Shown here: in pieces, positions 1 through 9,900 of the stretch
Layout of the letters: the number at the start of each line of letters is the position of its first letter
Position numbering within the stretch: position 1 is the first letter of the stretch
Origin: Nitrospirota bacterium
GTDB lineage: Bacteria > Nitrospirota > UBA9217
Assembly: GCA_963751455.1 (NCBI GenBank)
Contig: CAVVUN010000002.1
Coordinates: 256,001-320,000 of the forward strand
Direction: 5' to 3'
DNA length: 64,000 nt
Made by a program: the position numbers and the translations under genes
Notes under the pieces: model-generated
The model's input: the letters and a program-made list of their open reading frames with translations, nothing else
Told to the model about the DNA's origin: nothing
Database searches by the model: none

Positions 1-53
1 AAAAAGACGAACCTGAATCTGATACCAATGAAACGAAGGAGGTAATTGCATGA
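1..53 (+). CDS. 3' end of probable Cas8e/Cse1 (partial)
   Basis: Open frame KDEPESDTNETKEVIA* whose TGA overlaps the cse2 ATG (ATGA); identity inferred from position only. Confidence 0.55.
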   Translation, partial: KDEPESDTNETKEVIA

Positions 54-550
54 GCAGGTATCTCGATGAACTCCGCAAGTGCAAAGCAAGAGATGATCGG
101 GGGATGATGGCCAACCTTCGATGCATACTTGTGGAGAACAAAAAACACCGCGCATGGCCGGCATTGAATCGCTTGGGAGTGCCTATCAAAGATGAGGTTC
201 AGTCCTTTATTGCGGGACTTTATGCGACACATCCTGAAGAGACATCAGTAGGAAACTTTGGAACGACCTGTAAAATAATCCAGCGTGAACGTGGTGAAAC
301 GGAGAACAAAGATAACAAGCTCACACCGACCGAGCGACGATTCCAGCATGTACTGGCCGCTGAAAAAGACGAAGTATGCTCTCGTGTGTTACGCATGGTA
401 CGCATGGCGAAAGCACTGAATGCGAATGTACGCATCAACTATGCTCAGTTGGCGTCCGATCTAAAGGGCTGGGATGACGACATAAAAACGGAATGGGCAG
501 CTGCGTTTTGGACGCCAGGTGTCGCCCCGGCTACTGAGGAGGACGTATGA
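50..550 (+). CDS. cse2: Type I-E Cascade small subunit Cse2/CasB (Cas11)
   Basis: 166 aa helical protein with DRGxMAxLR, ERRFQHVL, INYAQLASDLxxW and WAAAFW; first gene of the cas operon. Confidence 0.88.
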   Translation: MSRYLDELRKCKARDDRGMMANLRCILVENKKHRAWPALNRLGVPIKDEVQSFIAGLYATHPEETSVGNFGTTCKIIQRERGETENKDNKLTPTERRFQHVLAAEKDEVCSRVLRMVRMAKALNANVRINYAQLASDLKGWDDDIKTEWAAAFWTPGVAPATEEDV

Positions 551-1245
551 GCTGGCTTGCACGTTTGGAAGTTGATGCGGAGACTATTCGTGCTGAAGGA
601 ATTTCAGATGATATCTACGTCTGGCACAAGCGGCTGTGGCAGTGTTATCCCGATGCGCCGGATAAAACCCGTGTTGATATCGGTTTTCTGACGAGGATCG
701 ACCAGCTTGAAGGAGCATACCGGTTTTGGGTGATGGCAAAGCAAAAACCTGAACGACCGCAATGGTGTCCACCTGATGGCTTTGCAGTCAATGAAATTTC
801 TCCATCATTTCTCTCTCATCGATATTATGCATTTGATTTGCGGGCAAACCCCGTCAAAGCAGTCGTACAAAAAGATGCCAACGGAGCACCCTTGTTGCGA
901 TCCAATGGAAAATGGGAACGTGGCAAGCGGGTACCGCTGGTAAAGCAGGATGAACTGAAAGCATGGATTATCCACAGAGGAGAAGTGCGATGTCGTGATC
1001 AAGACACTGGGCAAGCCGTGCCTGGAGGCTTTAGAATTGTTGAAGATAAGCCTCTCGAAATCAGTCCGATGGTTGAAAGTCATTTTCGCAAGAAAGAACA
1101 GGCAGCATACCACGGAGGTGTCCAGTTTCGCGGTGTATTGGAGGTAACCGACGCCGCTCGTTTTTCAGACACTTATTTTGCCGGAATAGGTGGCGCAAAA
1201 GGCTTTGGCTTCGGCCTGTTACTGCTTGCGCCAATCAAACTTTAA
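547..1245 (+). CDS. cas6e: Type I-E Cas6e/CasE crRNA endoribonuclease
   Basis: YxWHxxLW, FDLRANP, C-terminal Gly-rich loop GIGGAKGFGFGLL. Confidence 0.93.
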   Translation: MSWLARLEVDAETIRAEGISDDIYVWHKRLWQCYPDAPDKTRVDIGFLTRIDQLEGAYRFWVMAKQKPERPQWCPPDGFAVNEISPSFLSHRYYAFDLRANPVKAVVQKDANGAPLLRSNGKWERGKRVPLVKQDELKAWIIHRGEVRCRDQDTGQAVPGGFRIVEDKPLEISPMVESHFRKKEQAAYHGGVQFRGVLEVTDAARFSDTYFAGIGGAKGFGFGLLLLAPIKL

Positions 1246-1275
1246 CCTTAACCAAATTATAAAGGAGAAAAGACC

Positions 1276-2499
1276 ATGAAACATCTTGAGCTGCATATTA
1301 TTCAATCAGTCCCGGTTGCCTGTCTCAATCGCGATGACAACAATTCACCCAAGACTGCGATGTTTGGTGGTATTCAACGCGCGCGTGTATCGAGTCAATC
1401 GTGGAAGCGCGCGATTCGAGAGCTGGCAAAAGAGATTGCTGTGGAAGAAAAATCAAATTTGTTCAGTGGTGACCGCACTCGCCGGATGGTATATACATTA
1501 CAAAAGCGCCTTATCGAAAGAGGAATTCTAAAAAATGCCGCCATTACAATTGCAGAACAGGTTGCGGATATTGTTGAAACGTTGGATTCAAAGGTAGATT
1601 CTGAAGGTTTCAAAAAAATAAAAACAGTCATGTTTTTTTCAAAATCGGAATATGACGCAATTGCGGATGCGATTGCTAAATCCGATGACATAAGGAATTC
1701 GATGGCGTCGTTGGATAAGGCCATAACCGAAGGAAATGATAAAGATCGAGAGAAGGCACTGAAAGCAATGGGGAAGATTCTTGAGAAAGGTGCTCTAGCA
1801 AAAGCTATCAAGTCCGCTCAATTAAAAGACGCAGCGGATATTGCTCTCTTTGGCAGAATGGTTGCCAATGACCCTTCGTTGAAGGTCGATGGCGCTTCGA
1901 TGTTTGCGCATATTCTCTCTACACACAAAGCAGATAATGAGATTGATTTCTTTGCTGCCGTTGATGATCTGAATAAGGATGAGTCAGGCGCGGGTATAAC
2001 CAGCACGCTTGAATATAATTCTGCCACATACTATCGGTTCGCCGCGCTTAATCTTAATGATTTGGCAAATGATGACCACTTGGGAGATATAGATGAAAAT
2101 GGAAAAGCTGTGCGTTCTGTGGAAACGCGAAAGCAAGTTGTTAAGACATTTTTGAGGGCGACTATCCAGGCTATTCCCAGCGCACGTAAAACGACCATGA
2201 ACGGCAATACACTACCTGTTTATGTGCTCGGCGTCGTACGGGAGAAAGGCCATCCCATTCAGTTGGTCAACGCATTCGAGAGTCCGGTGCGTCCTTCAAT
2301 GCAAGGCTTCGCCGTTGAGTCGGTGAATCGAATGAATGTCGAATATTCCGATATTAAAAATACATGGGGTATTGACGCTGTATTTGCAAAAGCGGTAGTG
2401 AAGAGCAGCTTCAAAGAACAAATAAAGGAAAGCCTCGGTTCCATAGAAACGTGCTCGCAAGATGACCTCATTGAGGGGATGGTGAAACATGTCATCTGA
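1276..2499 (+). CDS. cas7: Type I-E Cas7/CasC backbone
   Basis: CLNRDDNNSPKTAMFGG, RARVSSQSWKRAIR, DIALFGRMVA, DFFAAVDDL. Confidence 0.96.
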   Translation: MKHLELHIIQSVPVACLNRDDNNSPKTAMFGGIQRARVSSQSWKRAIRELAKEIAVEEKSNLFSGDRTRRMVYTLQKRLIERGILKNAAITIAEQVADIVETLDSKVDSEGFKKIKTVMFFSKSEYDAIADAIAKSDDIRNSMASLDKAITEGNDKDREKALKAMGKILEKGALAKAIKSAQLKDAADIALFGRMVANDPSLKVDGASMFAHILSTHKADNEIDFFAAVDDLNKDESGAGITSTLEYNSATYYRFAALNLNDLANDDHLGDIDENGKAVRSVETRKQVVKTFLRATIQAIPSARKTTMNGNTLPVYVLGVVREKGHPIQLVNAFESPVRPSMQGFAVESVNRMNVEYSDIKNTWGIDAVFAKAVVKSSFKEQIKESLGSIETCSQDDLIEGMVKHVI

Positions 2500-3259
2500 T
2501 AAACGCTATCTGGCACTTCGACTGGATGGCCCTCTTCAATCCTGGGGCTTCGACAGTCAGTACAGCCGTCGCAATACAGGACTGATGCCGACAAAGAGCG
2601 GCATCGCCGGAATGTGCTGCGCCGCACTCGGGCGGTCACGTGGAAGCGACGAGGAACGGAAATTTCTTACTGCGTTCGGAGCTGTGCGTATGACAGCGAT
2701 TGCCATTCCCCGAAAGGGGATAAAAAAAGATCTGCCTGTTCGCAGGTTGCAAGACTATCATACTGTAGGCGGTGGTTACAATCCTAATGTCCCTGCTGAG
2801 CGTGGACATATAACCGTGTCTGCGGATGATGGGAAACCGAGAGCAAAGAACGGGCAGTCCCTTGCAGTTCTTACCCATCGGCAATATCTTACGGACGCTT
2901 GCTTTGGTGTTCTCCTCGAAGGAGAATCGGTTCTGTTGGGTGGAATCGTCGCTGCACTTGCCGATCCGAAATGGGGTATTTGGTTTGGACGCAAGACCTG
3001 CATTCCATCAGCCCCGTTGCTTGTCGGCTTGAAAGAGAACCGAGACAATCTACTGCGGCTCCTGAAAGAAAATCGAGACGACGCCTTGCGCCTCCTCATT
3101 GGCGAAAAACCTATCGATTCATTCACTTGGCAGGAAGAGGTTGATAGCTTCGGTGAGGGAAGCGACTCCCTTCCGGATGCGCCGGTTTCGTTTGCTACGG
3201 AGCGGAGATTGCACACACCACGAAGAGTGCGAACACATCATGGGACAGGGCGGATTTGA
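2489..3259 (+). CDS. cas5: Type I-E Cas5/CasD
   Basis: LRLDGPLQSWG, PTKSGIAGM, DYHTV, RQYLTDA, GRKTCIPS. Confidence 0.94.
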   Translation: MSSDKRYLALRLDGPLQSWGFDSQYSRRNTGLMPTKSGIAGMCCAALGRSRGSDEERKFLTAFGAVRMTAIAIPRKGIKKDLPVRRLQDYHTVGGGYNPNVPAERGHITVSADDGKPRAKNGQSLAVLTHRQYLTDACFGVLLEGESVLLGGIVAALADPKWGIWFGRKTCIPSAPLLVGLKENRDNLLRLLKENRDDALRLLIGEKPIDSFTWQEEVDSFGEGSDSLPDAPVSFATERRLHTPRRVRTHHGTGRI

Positions 3260-3261
3260 AG

Positions 3262-3339
3262 CTGCAAAGGTTATGCATCGGTCCGGCCAAAGGCTTCGGC
3301 TGCGAGATCATGCTGGTGGGTCTGATGGAACGGGGCTAA
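3262..3339 (+). pseudogene. Relic C-terminus of a second cas6e
   Basis: Reads LQRLCIGPAKGFGCEIMLVGLMERG*, matching the Cas6e terminal motif GIGPAKGFGCGL; no start codon or upstream body. Confidence 0.65.
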
Positions 3340-3625
3340 TAGGGGCGATCGTGGAATGGGGAGAAAGCATCGCTGTTTTCAATGGAAAGGAAATATGGAG
3401 AACGCTGTACAGCAATGAGAGATACTTTTTGGTTGTTGAAGTGTGCTGCGCACTTCGGAAAGCGCAGATGCCGACGCATCTTGGAGGAAGTTAAAGCAAA
3501 TGCTCGCTGAAGAGGGAAGTGAGGTCGTGACATTTTGTCACGGACTGATGTTGCCTGCAAACGCCGGTATCGCAAATAAAGCTAAAGCGATAAAGACTGA
3601 ACAAGGTGTGAGATAATTAAAAAGC

Positions 3626-3716
3626 TGTCATTGCGAGCGAAGCGAAGCAATCTCGCAGTTTATAGCCGTTTGAAAAATAGAGATTGCTTCGTCGCTATGC
3701 TCCTCGCAATGACGGC
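3626..3716. repeat. REP-like palindromic doublet
   Basis: GTCATTGCGAGCGAAGCGAAGCAATCTC ... GAGATTGCTTCGTCGCTATGCTCCTCGCAATGAC inverted pair. Confidence 0.75.
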
Positions 3717-3777
3717 ATTAGCGGCTTGTATGAATTAATTCACAGCTTCTGACTTGCCATTTACACTGCCGGAGAAT

Positions 3778-4140
3778 ATGACCATGAAGAAAAAGAACGA
3801 ACCTGTTCCATTAAAAAACGAGTTAATCCTCTACCAAACTGAGGACGGGAAAATCAGAATAGAGGTCCGGCTGCAGGATGAAACCGTCTGGCTGACTCAG
3901 AAACTAATGGCCGAGTTGTTCCAGACATCCGTCCCCAATATCAATATCCATATCAATAACATCTTTAAAGAAGGGGAACTGTTGGCGGATTCAGTTATTA
4001 AGGAATACTTAACAACTGCCGCGGACAATAAAAAATACCAGACAAAATTCTACAATCTTGATGTGATTATTTCCGTCGGTTACCGGGTGAAATCCCATCG
4101 CGGCACGCAGTTCCGCATTTGGGCTACCCAGAGGCTGGGG
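3778..4140 (+). pseudogene. RhuM-family (virulence_RhuM) N-terminal fragment
   Basis: LYQTEDG, ETVWLTQKLMAELF, YNLDVIISVGYRVKSHRGTQFRIWAT; similarity stops after WATQRL. Confidence 0.8.
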
Positions 4141-4321
4141 GTGCGTACAATTTGTACCTATCCTTGGCATGGTAAGTTGTCGACAAAGTGGCGACAACTC
4201 TTTGCAATGCGTCGAAACGTTTGTGGCGGCATCAGTTGTCCGCAAAAAATAGGACAACTGAAGTGTATATCAAATACATGCCGACAAGGGAGCATTCGTA
4301 ATGCCGCAAAAACTTGTTCAC

Positions 4322-4750
4322 TACGCCGAACTGCTTGGCCAGATCAAGCAGCGGATCAGCAGGGGCAGACCCGGGCAGTTCTTTCCGCCAACGCTGAAAT
4401 GATCCTGACGTACTGGGATATTGGGCGGATGATTCTGGAAAGACAGGAACGAGAAGGATGGGGCGCCTCTGTTATTCCACGATTGGCCCAAGATCTTCGC
4501 AACGAATTGCCTGAGGTGAAAGGATTTTCCGAGCGGAATATCGGGTATATGATCCGGTTCGCAAGAGAATATGGCGCCTCGCCAATTTTGCAACGGGCCG
4601 TTGCAAAATTACAGCCGACGGAAAATAAGAAGATATAAAAGTGCCACAGCCAGTGGCAAAATATCCGGTGACGGCGTCCAGTCAATTGTGCAACAGCTTG
4701 TTGCAAAAATCCCCTGGGGGCACAACATCCTGTTTATGGAAAAAGTTCGT
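4322..4750 (+). pseudogene. DUF1016/YhcG N-terminal domain fragment (frameshifted, no PD-(D/E)XK domain)
   Basis: AVLSANAEMILTYWDIG, GWGASVIPRLAQDL, KGFSERNI, IPWGHNI spread over different frames. Confidence 0.8.
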
Positions 4751-4907
4751 AATAGGTGGTCTCGGACTCCATGGCGACGTCGAAGGAAGCAGGCTTGGTC
4801 TTGTCCCAGAGTTCCGACAGATCATGGGTGTCCCAGAATTCTCCGAGCTGGCGGTAGAAGCCGGATTTTGATATGGAACTTTTAAGTTTCGGCATAGCGT
4901 TCAGAGT

Positions 4908-5300
4908 TTACGCAGTTTTATGGCGTTTCACCCCGGGTATGTCATCGAAATGCCTGTCGAGAGTGAAAACGGAAAGATTGTGCTCAATGGCGACAGTCGC
5001 AATGGCAATATCGGAAAGCGGCAAGGTAATGCCTTTTCGCCGCAAAGAACAGGACAGCCTGCCGGCTTTGGTCCAGACGGCTGCTGTTACTTCGACTACT
5101 GGAATGCCTTCCAGAAGCGCGACGACGTACACTTCTTCTTTTTCGGTTCTTGCGCCCTGGAGCAGTTCCGCCATGATTATGCCGGCAGTGCGTATTCGTT
5201 TCGAACTGATGAGCTCTGTAACTGCCGCGGCATTCGGTGCCTTGTCCTTTAGAAAATCGATCAGAACCGACGTATCAACGATCACGCCATCTCTTGTCAT
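4908..5300 (-). CDS. vapC: VapC PIN-domain toxin
   Basis: IVDTSVLID, ELLQGA, DIAIA, FTLDRHF. Confidence 0.9.
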   Translation of the reverse strand: MTRDGVIVDTSVLIDFLKDKAPNAAAVTELISSKRIRTAGIIMAELLQGARTEKEEVYVVALLEGIPVVEVTAAVWTKAGRLSCSLRRKGITLPLSDIAIATVAIEHNLSVFTLDRHFDDIPGVKRHKTA

Positions 5301-5511
5301 TTTCTTCCTGCTCCTTTATCTCGAGTTCATCAAGTTCCTTTGTGACGTCCTCAATCTTGATTTTTCCTCTCAAGTCGAGGATTTGCCGGAGTTTTTTTTC
5401 TCTGACGAACTCCTCCATGGCGTTCACTATCGCTTTGGTTTTGGACTTCTCTCCCGAAAGTTTTTGAACCTCGGAGATAAGATCATCAGGTATGTTTAGT
5501 GTTGCACGCAT
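5275..5511 (-). CDS. vapB: VapB antitoxin (RHH, DUF2191-like)
   Basis: MRATLNIPDDLI...KTKAIVNAMEEF; overlaps vapC; GGAGG RBS. Confidence 0.85.
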   Translation of the reverse strand: MRATLNIPDDLISEVQKLSGEKSKTKAIVNAMEEFVREKKLRQILDLRGKIKIEDVTKELDELEIKEQEENDKRWRDR

Positions 5512-5537
5512 ATAATGCACCTCCTGTATATGCACTT

Positions 5538-5566
5538 ATTATATGCATCTATAACGTGAAAGTCAA
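5538..5566 (-). promoter_or_regulatory. sigma70 promoter of vapBC
   Basis: Minus strand TTGACT-17 bp-TATAAT; repeated TGCATATA boxes may be operators. Confidence 0.7.
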
Positions 5567-5688
5567 GTATCAGTATTGTTGAAACGGATTGTTTTTACGG
5601 CTTACACGGCTGACCTGTTAATTCAGTTTCAGCTTGAACGGTTGCTGCAGCTTAAATGGTTTAAACGGTTATTCTTGGAGGTGTTGCC

Positions 5689-6878
<1,190 letters not shown>

Positions 6879-6986
6879 AATTAGTGAGTAAGTGAGTATT
6901 GCAAGAGACACTTTTAAACGATTGTTTTATTCGGTAGATTTATGGCCCCTGAAATTGTTCCATGATTTCGGGGAAGTAGAGGAAGT
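6879..6986 (+). promoter_or_regulatory. CRISPR leader
   Basis: AT-rich gap between cas2 and the first repeat, with TCGGTAGATTT typical of I-E leaders; degenerate repeats lie at the far end of the array. Confidence 0.75.
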
Positions 6987-9900
6987 ATGTTCCCCGCGTG
7001 TGCGGGGATGAACCGATGACGGCCATGATGACCGACGCGGAGTCCGGATGTTCCCCGTGTGTGCGGGGATGAACCGGAGATTACCTGGCACATGCTGAAC
7101 AACTGGACATGTTCCCCGTGTGTGCGGGGATGAACCGGCACTTTTTCTCTGTGCCCTCTGTGATCTCTGTATGTTCCCCGTGTGTGCGGGGATGAACCGA
7201 CCGAGATGAACAGCGAGATCTCGATCGCACAATGTTCCCCGTGTGTGCGGGGATGAACCGTTGATGCAAAACCTTCGGGGTCGGAATGCGAGATGTTCCC
7301 CGTGTGTGCGGGGATGAACCGCGTGCCGTCTGCGTTCACGCGGATATAGTGATATGTTCCCCGTGTGTGCGGGGATGAACCGAGTCGATGACCGTTCCCT
7401 CCTGGGGCCGCGAGATGTTCCCCGTGTGTGCGGGGATGAACCGATTACAGCGGCAGTTAGCCGCGAATTTACGCGATGTTCCCCGTGTGTGCGGGGATGA
7501 ACCGGCCCGAATCAGTGAGGCTGTGTGTGTGGTGCAATGTTCCCCGTGTGTGCGGGGATGAACCGCTGATGGAAGACCCGAAGAATATCGGGGACTGATG
7601 TTCCCCGTGTGTGCGGGGATGAACCGCAGCTGAAACCATGCGTCCGAAATTGTCTTCGATGTTCCCCGTGTGTGCGGGGATGAACCGGTCGCACGAAATT
7701 TAGATGAGGCGCTGGAGCAATGTTCCCCGTGTGTGCGGGGATGAACCGGAGAAAACGATATGACGCCGGAGCAGGTTGCGATGTTCCCCGTGTGTGCGGG
7801 GATGAACCGCACTTCGAGGAAGACGCTGCAGAGGCGCTTTCATGTTCCCCGTGTGTGCGGGGATGAACCGACGATGACAGTGAGTGTCCGTTCTAAGGGG
7901 TGATGTTCCCCGCGTGTGCGGGGATGAACCGGCGATCTGGCAAAGACCGTGGCGGACCTGCAGATGTTCCCCGTGTGTGCGGGGATGAACCGCTTCTTTG
8001 AAAAGCTGCGGACGTTTGAAGAAAATGTTCCCCGTGTGTGCGGGGATGAACCGGTCCGCTCCTAATATTCGGCAGGGTTGACCGCATGTTCCCCGTGTGT
8101 GCGGGGATGAACCGATGCCCGTCCTTTTCTTCGATCTCCTCAGCGAATGTTCCCCGTGTGTGCGGGGATGAACCGCTGAACACCATCGATTCGGAACTTG
8201 CGCGCATATGTTCCCCGTGTGTGCGGGGATGAACCGCGCTCAAAACCGCCTCCCTCCCGCCCACCCGTATGTTCCCCGTGTGTGCGGGGATGAACCGCTG
8301 CTTTTTGCTCAGCTCGGCGTTTTCCTTGAATGTTCCCCGTGTGTGCGGGGATGAACCGCTGAACGCGATAGTGACGAGAGGGACTGGGCCATGTTCCCCG
8401 TGTGTGCGGGGATGAACCGGTCCTGCCAGGTCGCGCCGTAATCCGTGCTGCATGTTCCCCGTGTGTGCGGGGATGAACCGGTGGGACGGCGCAGCGCTCA
8501 CGCTCCGAGGAAATGTTCCCCGTGTGTGCGGGGATGAACCGATTTCCTTTGCGTCCTTTGCGTGTATAACCGGATGTTCCCCGTGTGTGCGGGGATGAAC
8601 CGGCCGGCCGCGGCCGAGGCCGAGATCGGCAGGAATGTTCCCCGTGTGTGCGGGGATGAACCGACCGTCGAGGAGCCTTCCATCGCCGCCATCAAATGTT
8701 CCCCGTGTGTGCGGGGATGAACCGCCGCTTCCGTAAAGCGCGAAGCGCTATGCCGCATGTTCCCCGTGTGTGCGGGGATGAACCGAAGCGCCCTGGCCGA
8801 TCCCGCCGCTGATCGATATGTTCCCCGTGTGTGCGGGGATGAACCGGTCCTCTCCTCCCTCCTGAAGGTGCAGGTCGAATGTTCCCCGTGTGTGCGGGGA
8901 TGAACCGTACAAGCACCTGGAGAGCCCGCCCGTGTTCAAATGTTCCCCGTGTGTGCGGGGATGAACCGCGCAGGTCAGGAAAATCATCGGATGACGCCGA
9001 ATGTTCCCCGTGTGTGCGGGGATGAACCGTTTGTCTACGAGGCGCTGCACGAGGACCCGAAATGTTCCCCGTGTGTGCGGGGATGAACCGACTTCGACGA
9101 CTTCCTGTTCGATCTGCTCATATGTTCCCCGTGTGTGCGGGGATGAACCGGCTGTAAAGAATGCGCCGGTTGTCACCTCTAAATGTTCCCCGTGTGTGCG
9201 GGGATGAACCGGTGGATCCGGCATAGAGCACCCAGGCCGCGGGATGTTCCCCGTGTGTGCGGGGATGAACCGTCGCAGGTATCACCGGTCCCGAGGGCGA
9301 TCACATGTTCCCCGTGTGTGCGGGGATGAACCGACGATCGAGCTTGCGATGGACTCCGAGATCCTATGTTCCCCGTGTGTGCGGGGATGAACCGTGGGCT
9401 AACAGGAGGCAATTATCATGGCGACATGTTCCCCGTGTGTGCGGGGATGAACCGCCCTGAGTCGGAGCTGCAGGGGCCGGATCGATATGTTCCCCGTGTG
9501 TGCGGGGATGAACCGACCAGTGGAGCGCTGGGCCTTTTGGATCGCGAATGTTCCCCGTGTGTGCGGGGATGAACCGAGGAGCCTATGGCAATCAACCCGG
9601 AAGTGATGATGTTCCCCGTGTGTGCGGGGATGAACCGAGTCCCACGTCGATCATTGTGCCGGTTGTTATATGTTCCCCGTGTGTGCGGGGATGAACCGAT
9701 CCAGGAGCTGCTCGGGAACGCCTACGCGAAATGTTCCCCGTGTGTGCGGGGATGAACCGTTATTCTCCGCCGTTGCAGCCGCTGCCAGGGTATGTTCCCC
9801 GTGTGTGCGGGGATGAACCGGCGGATGAGTTCATGCGGGCGTTCTCGCTCCTATGTTCCCCGTGTGTGCGGGGATGAACCGTAGAACATCTCTTTCATTC

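Noticed and set aside
2489-3494. Cas5-HNH or other nuclease fusion
   Set aside because: Cas5 ends at 3259 with no HNH motif and the downstream ORFs show none; cas3 status cannot be judged because it would lie upstream of the window
3754-4638. 294-aa ORF as a novel RhuM-DUF1016 fusion protein
   Set aside because: Both parts are truncated and joined by non-protein-like sequence; a chance open frame across fragments
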